Shown here: positions 14,440 through 27,548 of the stretch, piece by piece
How the letters are laid out: the number at the start of each line of letters is the position of its first letter
Numbering within the stretch: position 1 is the first letter of the stretch
Assembly: GCA_951406725.2 (NCBI GenBank)
Contig: OX597829.1
Coordinates: 31,868,001-31,932,000 of the forward strand
Direction of reading: 5' to 3'
DNA: 64,000 bases
Source of the DNA: Octopus vulgaris
Lineage: Eukaryota
Notes under the pieces: model-generated
The model's input: only the letters and a program-made list of their open reading frames with translations
Told to the model about the DNA's origin: nothing
Databases searched by the model: none
Translations under genes and position numbers: made by a program

Positions 14440-14930
14440 ATCATTTATGCTTTTAAACCCACTAATAACAGACCTGCTGTTGTCCCCTAAGGGGAACTCT
14501 ATAACATTCCTAATTCTAAGCAAAATGGTGTCAAAAATATACTTGCTGATAATAGGTTTTTGTTTTCATTTTTTGCTGAATTAATTAACCTACACTTATG
14601 GTTGTTCTTAAAACTAACTTTATGGTCCTTACAGGTAATAAAAGACTTGCATGAGGTTAGAAACTCTGCAGTCGCTAACAAGAGATTGCTAATTATTTCC
14701 TTTGCTTTTCATTTAACTTTGTCACACAAAGTTGTGTTTGTCTTTTTGTATGTATCAGTGATATTATTTGAGAGTCTAATACAATGATTCCTTGTCTTGT
14801 TAAATAAGGTAAGGATTTTGAATTTTGCACAAACTGCTGCAAGCATATTTTTGCAGGGTACGGAAGCTGTTTTCACTCTCTAGAACTTAATTTTTCTTAC
14901 TAAATCAAAGGTTCTAGATTGTAAAAGGCT
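14440..14930 (-). mobile_element. Penelope-like RT N-terminal fragment
   Basis: FITCKDHKVSFKNNHKCRLINSAKNE resembles the PLE motif FITLKDHKxNF...CRLINPAKSE. Confidence 0.6.
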
Positions 14931-16479
14931 AGACTATACATATATATAGGCATTGGAGTGGCTGTATGGTAAGTAGCTTGCTAATGAACAACATGGTTCC
15001 GGGTTCAGTCCCACTGCGTAGCACCTTGGGCAAGTGTCTTCTACTATAGCCTCAGGCCAATCAAAGCCTTGTGAGTGGATTTGGTAGACAGAAACTGAAA
15101 GAAGCCCATCATATATATTTATATATGTATATGTGTATTTGCATGACAACTAATGGTGGTGTATGTACGTCCCTGTAACTTAGCGGTTCGGCAAAAGAGA
15201 CAGATAGAATAAGTACTAGGCTTACAAAGAATAAGACCTGAGGTTGATTTGGTTGACTAAAGGCGGTGCTCCAGTATAGCCACAGTCAACCGACTGAAAA
15301 GAGTAAAAGAGTATATATATATATATATATTCTGCTCTAGCCCTGTTCTCTCGTACTTTACCCCTCTCTATTCCTCACCAAGCACAAAGTTGTCCCCTTG
15401 GGATTCATAGTCTTGCAAGCTGCATGGTAACCTCAGTAGTGCTGGTGCCACAAAAATCTACTCAGTACAACTTTGTGAAGTAGTTAGCATTAGGAAGAGT
15501 ATCCAGCCATAGAAATCATGCCAGATCAGACGCTGGAACACAGTCCTTTGGTCCCATAAGATCCTGGTAATTTTAATACAAGCTAGCATGAAATATGGAC
15601 ATTAAGTGACGATATATATAATATATATAAAGAGTTTACATCTGATGTTAAGGCTGCCTATAAGTGGTTTGTCCTTGAGCTGGTAAATATATATTAAAAA
15701 CAGAGAATGAACAAACAAGATATATGGTATCACTTAAGAGACCATTTAATTTATAATTTAAAAATAGTGCAGAGTAGTTATAGTAAATATGTAAAATCTT
15801 TTACAGCTGTTTCTAGAACAGCTAAGCATATGGATCTTACATTATTGAGTAAAGATTTCCACGTCAACCAGCTATACTGTCATTGGAGAGCGAGAGAAAT
15901 CACGAATATCCTTAATCCAGGATATTTTTAGTTACTAGTTCATTGAAGAATTAAGGAATGTCCGAAGTAAAAGATGATATTGGTTGGTATATCCATGATA
16001 AAAAGATGAAGGAGATCCATAGTAAAAGATAGTGATTGTTAGTCACCATTGTTGAAGTATTGCAAAAAAAATCCATGGTAAAAGAAGACAGAAGTTGTAG
16101 ATCCATCATTGAAAATAGAGCGAGGTAGATATGAGTAGAAGGCTTTCAGATAGTATACAGCAAAATGAAGGAGAGACAGAGTAATAAATACATGAGAGTA
16201 GATAGAGACTAGTTGGTATTAGGGGGCATACATAACAAAGTAGTTAAGGGGATGTATATAGACACATATAGATACACCTAATTTAGGCTACTATATTGTA
16301 ATGTGGGTACATGTCTGAAGATTTTTACAAATTTCCAGTGCATGAAGCTGTTAGCAATATTTATTGATAATTTTAATTTTTCTGACTTAAAAATATATTA
16401 TCTTTACATTTTAATTTATATATTTTCTTGCAATTTCAAATTAATATGCGGCACATAAAAGTGAAGCAACATAAATGTG

Positions 16480-17880
16480 TTTTTTTAAGTAAAGGCTCTG
16501 TTGTAGACATTGTTTCCTGCAATTTGGTATTCAGATGAAAAGGTGTCATCTTAATCCAACGTGTGAACAAGCAACATTGAACTGACCATGAGAGAATCAT
16601 GGATTTGTCAGTTTAATCCCATTAACCTCAAGAGTTTGTCCCAGTGACTTGTGATTGTGTCAGTGGAAAATGAAGGTGCATCACCTGAAATAGTATATTT
16701 GATGGGACAAAATGAATGCATGGGATAAAAATACCTCCCCTAGCACAAGAAATCATAATGGTAGCTTCAATTACATGGAGCATTAGAATTTTATCAGCTC
16801 ATTTTGTACTGTTACAGAGTTGTGGTGCATCCAAATCTCATAGCAACATAATTGGTGCTGCTATTTTCAGCACTGATTAGTGGGTAGCATTGTTAATGAC
16901 AACTACACAGTGAACTGACTTGTATCATTTGGACTGGATGGGAACCTGTGGTATGATGGGCATATTAATATCCTGCACAATGTTATCTTCGCGGGCTTGG
17001 ATGGCACATTCACTAAGCCACTCATAATTTCTATAATTTTGCAAGAACCTACAATAAACTACAAATAGTATCGCTTGGTGATTCTACAAAGGTTTATTTA
17101 TAGGGACTTCTCTACTCTCAGTGTAACTAACCAATGCTTGTAAATGAAGTAAAACAATTGCAAACTAGTCATATCTATTAAGTACAGGTTAACAGAGGAC
17201 TTTCTTGTGCACAAAATTACAGCTTTTTCAAATGAGGTTCCTGCTATAGCAAAAACACTATCTGAACAAATCAAAGTTAGGTTGGTCAAAAGTTTTGCCT
17301 GCACAACAAGTAACATCAAAGAAAACTATTTTCTATGCTAGATATAACTTATGTGATCCTTGTATAAGATTTGGGGGGGATGTTCAATCAAGAGCAGTTG
17401 CTCTATTTGGTGAACGCATACCTAGTTGTCTAAAGAATCGTTCAGAATTACTGCTCTAAAGAATCTTTTAAGAACTGCAGCTGTAGTTTTTACTGGAGTT
17501 GGTAGCCTATACAGTTCATGATCCTTGTCAGCCATGAATTGTACAATATCTTTTGAATGAGGACCAGAAGTTTGGGATTTTTGACTCTTGTTGCACTTAA
17601 GACACTGTCTCCTGTCATAATGTCCTGGTCATTATGCCAAAGTTGGCGAGTATTGAATGGTGAACAGATACAGAAAATTACTTCAAAAAGGCTTCTAATT
17701 TTCACTTACAAGGCACTGTTCCAGTTTGCATCATCTTCCAAGAGGCATTTTCTCTGGCAAAGTTTCACAGTATGTTGCAGTGACATAACAAGGAACAGTT
17801 TTGAGGTCCTGGGATGACAATGGACCAGGAATATTGTGCGGGAGCTGTCTGAGATTGAATTATGTTTATTAAATCTCCTC
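16480..17880 (-). pseudogene. Helitron Rep/PIF1-helicase relic
   Basis: Minus-strand degenerate motifs SHGQFNVACSHVG (~16555-16595, cf. FSHGQLYVACSRV), PIMLL*DLDAPQLCNST (~16805-16855, cf. PIMLLRNL..LCNGT) and LRQLPHNIPGPLSSQDL (~17800-17855, cf. LRLLL..V.GPTSFEDL). Confidence 0.75.
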
Positions 17881-19578
17881 ATTTAATAAAAGTCTTATCC
17901 TCAACTGCCTAGTATACAGTTTCTTATACTATAGAAAATAGGAAATAATTTATTCATGGCTTCACATTTAAATTTGCACATATTAAAATCAAAAAGCAAA
18001 TGTTAGACATTAACAATATTGGAAGAAAATTATACCTCACATGAAATATTTACACAATATATTGAAAAGTTGTGATTTATATTCTTTTACACATACACGT
18101 TTTGGTGTCAATGTATATCTGCATTTGTATACATATAACTTTTATTTGTTTCAATCATCAGACTGCAACCATGCTGGAGCACTGCCTTTGAAAATTTTAG
18201 TTGAACAAATCAACCCCAGGACTTTCTTTCAAAATCTGGTATTCATTTTATTGGTGTCTTATGCCAAACTGCTAAGTTATAGGGATGTAAACACACCAAC
18301 ACCAATTGTTAGCCAGGGTTAGGTTCAAACAGGCCAAACACACAAACATATACAACAGGCTTCTTTCAGTTTCAGTCTACCAAATCCACTCACAAGGCTT
18401 GGTTTGGCCTGAGGCTATAGTAGAAGACACTTGCCCAAGGTGCCACACAGTGGGACTGAACCTGGAACCTGTGATTGGAAGCAAACTTCTTACCACATAG
18501 CCATGCCTATACATACACAGGTGCAGGCATAGGTTAAATCCCACTAAGAAGCTCTTTGGGTAAGCGTCTACTACAACCCTGAGTCAGTCATAACCTTGTG
18601 AATGGATCTGAAAGAAACTGGAAAAAAAAGCCCATGTAATTGTGTGTCCGTGTGTGTCCATGCATATGTTCATGTATGTATGCATCTGCACTAATACAAA
18701 AGTTATGACATTTGTATGTTGTAGTTGGTACATCTATCAATAAATTACCCACTTACTTTGTGTCTTCAAAGCTCCCTTACTTGAAAAATGCATATTAGTA
18801 TCAAAAAGGGCATACAGCTGTAATACATTGCTTCAATAACATATCCAGACCCAAGCAAGAATGAAAAAAAAACAGATATAAAAATGTACAGAAAGATATG
18901 TATGACTATGCTTGACATCAGAATGGAACCTTGTGCAGCTCTGGTCAAACCGACCAACACAGGAAACGGACATTGAAGGATGATGATGATGTACACATAT
19001 ACATCAATCTTAGGTGGTAGACTTTAAACCCAATTGGTTTAAAACTACTTGACACCTCAGGTACCTATAGGTGACTCCTCAGTTGTAAGCATTCAATCCA
19101 GGCCTCCAGTTTGAAGAAACCTTACTCCCTCCTACCAATCTCAAAGGCCCTCTAACCTCCCTACTGATGACAACAACACACACACACACAGCTCACAAAT
19201 TATCAAGGCATGGTATTATGTATATATATATATATAAAAAAAAATACAAAAGTATACAAACATATACAATGCTGAAACATTTTGTACAATGTTCATCAAA
19301 TACCTTCATAGAAATGAGCAAAGAAGTATATATGTATACATACACACACACATATAAAACAGAAGAATAAAAAAGCTTAAATCTGACCAGCCAGAATTAC
19401 AGAGAGGAAGACAAAGATATAGGAACTATCTGGAAGAGGTAGACGCATCGTGGCGTGATTTGAGAAGCTATATTTCATAATCATGTAGCACCCTGAGCCA
19501 GTTTTCAACTATATCTTAGGGCTAACCAAAACCTTGTGACTGTGGCAGGCAGAAAGTTTTAGGAGTTAAATATGTATA

Positions 19579-19619
<41 letters not shown>

Positions 19620-20229
19620 GGAGTTATTTTGTTTGTCACTATTTGGGAGAAACAGGGTGATGTTTACATTCTCTTTTGACATTATTAATGGTTGCTCCAC
19701 ACTTTTGAGGAACTATGGAATTTTAAAAAAATATTTCACTTGAAAAATAAGTGAGGGAAAAGTAGCAGTTTACAGAATCCTGCATCAAAGACAATTCTTT
19801 TACAAGCCAAACTAGTAAAACAAATTCATAATATAATACATATACATATAGCATCATCATCATTGTTTTAATGTTCACTTTTTCATGTTTGCATAGATGG
19901 GATGCAATTTTGTTGGAGTGGGTTTTCTACAACCTGATACCCTTCCTGTTGCCAACACACTTATATCCAAGCAGACAAAAAATTCCCCATGACCAGACAT
20001 ATTTTCACATAAGATTGGTAACAACACCATGTGTATGATGGTGACATATTTACAACTATCACATGCTGCCAAGATAACGTGACACAAACACTCACACGAG
20101 TCTTCCTTCATTTACAAGGTTTGAGTCAGCTTGGTGCTACAGTATACTTGCCCAAAGTGCCATGCATCGAGATTAAACTCAAAACTACACGGATAAGAAG
20201 TGACCTTAATCACACAGCTATACCTGAAT

Positions 20230-20266
<37 letters not shown>

Positions 20267-20267
<1 letters not shown>

Positions 20268-20653
20268 TAGCAGTATCGCCCGGCGTTGCTCGGGTTTGTA
20301 AGGGAAATAACTATATAAGTATTTTTAGAGAGTTATAGCCAAAAAATAGAAAAAAATGCATTAAAAATGAAAAAATGGTAAATTTTTTTTAAATTGTTGA
20401 CTCATCGTAGACATTTTTAGAGAGTTACTTCCCTTATATAATAGCGAAAAAATGCATTAAAATGGAAAAAAATGGTAAATTTTTTTCTAAATCGTAGACT
20501 CATCGTAGACACGCGCTAATACCCAGAAGGGCTCGATATGAATCACGACTATAAGATACCCGGTTTTGGTTAAACGGCACTGCAAAATGTGGGAGTAGTT
20601 AGGAATCTAAATCATAGGAGACAGACACACAACCTTACTTTTATATATAAAGA
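20267..20653 (-). mobile_element. Non-autonomous Helitron
   Basis: Starts with TC (20653-20652) and ends with hairpin CCCGAGCAACGCCGGG plus CTAG (20270-20267). It is inserted between A and T in a (TA)n tract with no TSD and has an internal ~100-bp tandem duplication. Confidence 0.85.
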
Positions 20654-20697
20654 TATATATATATATATACACACTTACACACCTCTCTCTCTCTTTC

Positions 20698-20731
<34 letters not shown>

Positions 20732-20829
20732 GCACAGATGTACAATACACATACATAGTTAACATGGATATATATAAATATACACACACATTCAACACAT
20801 CTACTAGAGAGACTAGTATATTCAGTCAC

Positions 20830-21770
20830 ACGCTAAAATAGTAGCTTCTAGCCAAGAGAAGTCATCAAATGATGTCCAACTTCCAACAAGTGTTACAAAC
20901 CTAAATCACATCCTCAAGTTAGCAGATTGGCAGTGATGGCCACCCACTATCCATCTTCTAGTTTCCAATGCAACCCCTCTTCCTTGTTCAGGTTAGCAAG
21001 ATTCCACTACTGCTGCCAATCTGCAAGTAACTGTCTTCTTCAATCTTCTTGCCACTCTGATATCAGCATCTTCTATACTGATTATGCTGAAATCTTGGCT
21101 GTCAACTTCAACAGTAAATAACCAGGCCTGCCAATCTTTTACCATACACAACTGAACCAGATCATGGTATTTGATGGTTCCCTTCTCAGAAACCTCTATA
21201 CATTCATCTTCCCATAGTACCATCAGTTCAATCAGAATTGTCTTTGTTTCAACAGATATCAGGTGTCAGGCGTTTGGACTACACACATGAACGAATGACC
21301 AATCTCATCCATATTGCTGAGGGTTGTGGACTTCAGACACAAATGCCATCACTCACCATACACTGCGTTCTCACATCTCCGGTAATTTCTTCATTAGGGT
21401 ATCATTCTTGTGTCTACCTCCTCTCTTCTTGATGAAACAAAGTTAGTATACCCCAATTTAACATTGATGTCTCTACTCTAAGCCCTTTCATAGGGTCTCA
21501 CAGGCAGTAATGATTAATGCTTGAAGTCATCCTTCTCAATCTGGTTGCCTTGCAGGGCCACTTGCCTAGAGCTTAGTGACATGCTTTAACAAAGGATAAC
21601 AGGTACCTTGATCCTAGTGGTCTGAAAGCACAGCAAAAACGAGGTTGGAATATCTAACAACCTGTACGATTGATAGACATTAACCATATCCATTCATTTG
21701 ACAGGTATTGTTTTTGTCCAGTTGGGTCTTTAGATGCCCTCTTTAACAAACAAACTTGGTGTGTGAGGTG
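20830..21770 (-). mobile_element. Non-LTR retrotransposon 3' fragment with restriction-like endonuclease (R2 group, HERO/NeSL/R4-like)
   Basis: ELMVLWEDECIEVSEKGTIKYHDLVQLCMVKDWQAWLFTVEV resembles the ELTVPWE...KY..L...GW....PVEVG motif, with an upstream PDI motif. Confidence 0.7.
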
Positions 21771-22794
21771 GTTTAATTGCCACTAACACAACCATGCAAC
21801 AACTGGTACCAGAATACTACTACTTATTTATTGTATATATATCTAGAGAGAGAGAGAGAGAGATATAGATCATCATCATTTAACAGCTGTTGTACATACT
21901 GGCATGGGTTGGATGGTTTGACCAGGGTTGGCCAGCTGAGGGACTGCACCAGACTACAGTCTAATTTAGCATGGTTTCTATAGCTGGATGTCCTCCCTAA
22001 TGCCAATGGGTGTTTTTTTGTACCACCAGTATCTGCCACAACTATGATTTCACTTGGTTTAAAGGGTCTCCTACTCAAGCATGGCATATTGCTGAAGGTC
22101 TTGGTCATTAGTCACTGCCTCCATAAGGCGCAACACTCGAATGGTGATTTTTAAGTACCATTGGTACAGATGCTAGTTACATGACAGTGGCATCAGCCAC
22201 ATTGCCTCCATTCAGTCCAACACCTGGAAGGTGCCTTTTACGTGTCACTGGCACAGGTGCTAGATATGCAATACCAGCATTGGCTACATTACTTCTGTGA
22301 GGCCCATCGCTCAAAAGGTGCTTTTTACATGCTACCAGCACAGGTGCCAGTTACATGACACCAGCATTAGCCATGACTGTAATTTCACATGGCTTGACAT
22401 GTCTTCTCAAGCACAGCATATTACCAAACGTCTCAGTCACTAGCCATGGGGACCAACATTCAAAGATCATGCTTTACCACCTCGTCCCTGGGTTTACCTC
22501 TTTCACATGTTCTCTCAACAGTTAGAGATCGGCACATTTTATAAATATATATATACACAAACATGCAAAGATGAACACATACAGATACACACTTAAGCAA
22601 AACAAATACATACACAAGTACAAAAGGTACATATACACACATGCAGATATGTATACTTATACAGAAAAATATAGATAAGTATACACATACATATATAAAT
22701 GTGCATACACATATTCATCTCTGCATAAGTAAACCCACCCTCATATATATGTATATATACAAATGAATAGATACATACATATATATATATATAT

Positions 22795-22826
<32 letters not shown>

Positions 22827-23942
22827 GTATAAATACAGGAAGGTCATCTACCAATAGAAAATCTCAACAAATTCCATTTAACATACATGAACATGGAAAA
22901 GTGATCATTAAAATTATGATGATGATACATATATATCTTTATCTTTTACTTGTTTCAGTCATTTCACTGTGGCTATCCTAGGGCACCACCATGAAGGGTT
23001 TTAATTGAATGAATTAACCCCAAGAATTATTAAGCCTAATAATTATTGCAGGAGTCTATTTGCTGAACTGCTAAGTTACAGGGATGAAACAGAGTTAGTA
23101 TACCCCAATTTAACATTGGTGTCTTTACTCTAAGCAGCAGTTGTCAAGCGGTGGAGGGGGACAACACAGACAAGAACACACACACGCATACATATATACA
23201 TAAATAACAGGCATCTTTCAGTTTCTATCAACCAAATCCACTGACAAGGCTTTGTTCTGCCCGAGGCTATAGTAGAAGACACTTGCCCAAGTGGCCATGC
23301 AGTGGGACTGAACCTGAAACCATGTGGTTAGGAAGTAAACTTCTTACCATACAGCCACATCTGCATGTCTGTCTTCTGTCCAAGTTTGTTAACAGCCCTA
23401 CCTGTTTGTTTTCACTGTCCTGTTTTTGTTACCTATTTTGACCCTCCGCAAAATCCTAAATTTCATTTAATCTGCTTTGCGGGAACAAATGTTTCATCAA
23501 AGGCATATCTTGCCGTAAAATGCTTGAAATACGGATTAGAGAAACAGCCAACAACTGATGAAGGGTCATTCTTTATGTCGTTTGTCTCGTTTTCCATTTG
23601 TTTCTTTTGTTGTTCGCAAACAAAGTTCATATTTTGTATTTTACGTTGTTTACGTTTTGTGACATTCTGTGCCCACATATGCATATGTATATAAATATAC
23701 AAGTAAGTATGTACATATACATATGTGTGTGTGTGTGTGTGTGTGTATATCATCATCATCATCATCATCGTTTAACGTCCGTTCTCCATGCTAGCATGGG
23801 TTGGACGGTTCGACCGGGGATCTAGGAAGCCAGAAGGCTGCACCAGGCTCCAGTTTTATCTGGCAATGTTTCTACAGCTGGATGCCCTTCCTAACACCAA
23901 CCACTCCGTGAGTGTAGTGGGTGCTTTTTACGTGCCACCTGC

Positions 23943-23987
<45 letters not shown>

Positions 23988-24337
23988 GGGTCATTCTTTA
24001 TGTTTGTTTTGTTTTCCATTTGCGTCTTTCCTTGTTTGAAAGAATAGTTCATGTTCCATGTACTCATGCTTCATACTTTTTTGTTGTACACGTTTCATGA
24101 CATCTTGTGCCCACATATGCATAAATATATACATTATTTATATTATTATATGATTGAACACCACACATACTCTTCCAAGTAAGTTTTATCTTAATTCTGA
24201 TGTGTATTCTATACAATTTTTTTTTACTCTTTCATTTTTCCCTCTTTCTCTCTCTTATTCTTTTACCTCCTCTTCTCCCACTATTCTATCCTATTACTCT
24301 GTCACTCTCTCTCCCTTGCTCACACGGCTCCCTTTAA

Positions 24338-25305
24338 AATGGAAGATAAGAAAGTTCATTTTCGGCACTTGATGCTTTTCTTTTTCTGTAAAGGGAAAAA
24401 TGCCTCACAAGCAACCAAAGAAATATGAGCAGTTTACGGCGATGCTTCTTTATCTGAAAGAACTGTACAGAAGTGGTTTGCAAGATTCAGAGCAGGAGAT
24501 TGTAGACTTATTGATAAAGAGCGATCTGGCAGGCCATCCACTACAGATGATGACCAAATCAAGTCATTAATTGAGAATAACCCACATTGCATAACCTGAA
24601 AATTGGCAGAAAGCCTCAATCTATCAAAATCCATCGTTCATGAGAACCTGGTAAAGCTTGGGTACACAAATCGCTACGATGTTTGGGTACCACATGAGTT
24701 GAATGAGAAGAACCTTTTGGATCACATTTCCATTTGTGATTCGCTTTATAAACGGAATGAAAACGCACCTTCTTTAAAGCAAATTGTGACAGGTGGTGAG
24801 AAATGGATTATCTATTGAAATGTTCATAGAAAGCGATTCTGGAATAAGCGACATGAGCCACCCTTAGCCACCCAAAAGCGGGTCTTCACCCTAAAAAAGT
24901 CTAGCTTTGTGTCTAGTAGGATTGGAAAGGAATTCTGTACTATGAGCTTCTCCCAAGTAACCAAACAATTAATTCTGAGAAATACTGCACACAACTGGAT
25001 GAGTTAAAAGCAGCAATTAAAGAGAAATGTCCAAAATTGGCCAACAGGAAGGGTGTTGTTTTCCAAGACTGCATGTTTCTTTGGGAACCAGACAAAAATT
25101 GCTGCAGCTTGGCTGGGGTGTGTTACCCCACCCTCCATATTCACCTGATATTGCTCACTCGGATTTCCACTTATTCAGGTCTCTGCAGAATAGTCTTAAT
25201 GGTAAAAATTCAATTCCTTGAATGATGTAAAAAGATACCTTTCTTTGCCATGAAACCACCTCAATTCTGGAAAGAGGGTATTTTCAAGTTAAAGGGAAGA
25301 TGGAG
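24338..25305 (+). pseudogene. Tc1/mariner transposase relic
   Basis: HTH segment TVQKWFARFRAG..ERSGRP, then WVPHEL, IVTGGEKWIIY and HPPYSPDIAHSDFHLFRSLQ. Multiple stops and frameshifts. Confidence 0.92.
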
Positions 25306-25307
25306 AC

Positions 25308-25468
25308 ACAAGTATGTACATTTATATGCATATACATTCAAGTATGTACATATATATGCATATACATTCAAGTATGTACATATATATACATATACTTTCA
25401 AGTATGTACATATATATGCATATACTTTCAAGTATATATATATATATATATATACATATACATTCAAG

Positions 25469-25500
<32 letters not shown>

Positions 25501-25508
25501 CATTCAAG

Positions 25509-25542
<34 letters not shown>

Positions 25543-25660
25543 CATTCAAGTATATATATATATTAAATATACATTCAAGTATATATATATATACATATAC
25601 ATACAAGTATATACAAACAAGTATATACATATATATGCATATACATACAAGTATATACAC
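25308..25660. repeat. 30-bp minisatellite grading into (TA)n
   Basis: Units CAAGTATGTACATATATATGCATATACATT repeat, and their TA tracts expand progressively. Confidence 0.85.
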
Positions 25661-25689
25661 CCACATGCCTACTAGACTAGGATCTCTTG

Positions 25690-25724
<35 letters not shown>

Positions 25725-25744
25725 CAGGACAAGCCTGTATGCAT

Positions 25745-26175
25745 GGACATGTCTTCTCAAGCACAGCAAACAGTCAAAAGTTTCAGTCCCTTGTTATCTC
25801 CTCTGCGAGGCCCAACATTTGAAGATCCTTTCTTACCACTACATACTACATCTTCCTCGATCTACCCCATCCACATATTGCTTCCCCAATTAGAGATCGG
25901 CATTTCTTGATACAGCTGTCCTCATCCATACACATCACATGACCACACCGGCAGTCTTCTCTCTTGCACATATCTGATACCTTGTATACCCAGTTCCTCT
26001 CTCAAATCACTTACACTGTTGTAAATGCACACTGACATTACCCATCCAGCAGAGCATGCTGGCTTAATTTCTTTCAAGCCCTCCATGTCCTCAGTTGTCA
26101 GAGCCCACTACCAAGTAGCATGGCTGTCTGTGCACAGGCATCGTACAATTTGCCTTTCACTAAGAGAGAAAGTAA
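25745..26175 (-). mobile_element. RTE-type LINE 3' end fragment
   Basis: Starts GACATGTCTTCTCAAGCACAGC, shared with ~22395-22540. It is the reverse complement of a LINE ORF end. Confidence 0.55.
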
Positions 26176-26380
26176 CTGCCCATGCTTATGCCACATAAAA
26201 GTGTCTGTGCTGGTGCCACATTTAAAGCACCTAGTACACTATGTAAAATGGTTGGCTTTAGAAAGGGCATTCAACCATCCTAAAACTGACAAATGGAGTC
26301 CAGACAGCTGTCAAACCGCTCAACCCATACCAGCATGAACAGACATTAAAATGATGATGTATATACATATACAAATGTAC

Positions 26381-26437
<57 letters not shown>

Positions 26438-26599
26438 CACATATATATACATACACACATAATTTTAATATGCTAGACCACTGGTGTTAAATTGATGTTA
26501 ATTAAAATGTCCAATTTCTTACCCTTATTTTAAATTATATATATATACCTACATATACATACACACACACATTCCCAGCTATGAACAGATGGTTGTAGA

Positions 26600-27490
26600 T
26601 TATTTTAGTTTTATTAATATTAATTCTGAGTCTACGTTTTGCTTTCTTCTTTTAGTTCTCTGAGCATTTTTGTTGATTCTTTAATACTCCTAAAAAAAGG
26701 TACAATATCATCAGTAAATTTGAGATGATTTAGCCTGCATCCATTTATTTCTTTATCTGACCAATATTAGTTTTTAAAAACCTTTTTCTAATACAGATGT
26801 GAATTTGGGTGATATTGTGTCTCCTTGTCTAACTCCCTTACTGATTTTGATATCAATTGCTTTGTTGTTTATAGCAGCTATAGTTCTACAGTTGGTGTAC
26901 ATATTCTCAAATAACTTCACACAGTCTCCTTTGATTCCCTTTTCCTCCAGTGCTCTTAGTAGTAATAGATGATGAAATAGTTGAACATATACCTCTCTTG
27001 GACAAATAATATACTTTAAAAAAAAATCAGATAAAAAAAATGAAGAATGAATACAACTAAGAGGGACAGCGTTTGGTAAATTGAATCACATGTATAATGT
27101 GTCTAAAAAGAAAGGCCTTCAACCAGTGTGTGCTGCCCACTATTATGTATGCATCAGAAACTTGAATCAACAAGAGCATTGAAAATAAAATTAAGATCAA
27201 CACAATGAGCCATGAACAGGAGAATGCCGAAGATTAACAAAATGAGTAAGTGGAGAAACAACAGGATAAGTGTGGCAACAGGTTTAACAGTATCATTTGG
27301 AAAATTTTCAGGATATGTGTTTAGAAGAAAGGATAATAGATGGAACAGCAAATTGACCAGAGTGGATACCACATCCAGAAAAAAAAAGACAGAGGGAAGA
27401 CTGATGAAATTGAAATAAAAACTTAAATTCTTTGGCACCAAAACATGGATGAAGAAAACACAAGACCATCATCCAGCAGTGTATTGAATA
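26600..27490. mobile_element. RTE-like LINE relic with an inverted 5' part
   Basis: Minus strand 26600-26960 gives GVRQGDTISPKF and NHLKFTDDIV (RT). Plus strand 27020-27490 gives KAFNQCVLPTIMYASET (post-RT). Confidence 0.65.
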
Positions 27491-27501
27491 TGCATAAGGA
27501 T

Positions 27502-27548
<47 letters not shown>

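Noticed and set aside
25308-25660. Regular 30-bp repeats as a CRISPR-like array
   Set aside because: Head-to-tail units with no unique spacers, in a eukaryotic context with no cas genes.
25250-25750. Overlapping 80-142 aa ORFs rich in Y/I/C/V/H/T (also ~9600-10200, 33600-34000, 60080-60400)
   Set aside because: These are translations of (TA)n/(CA)n micro- and minisatellites, not genes.
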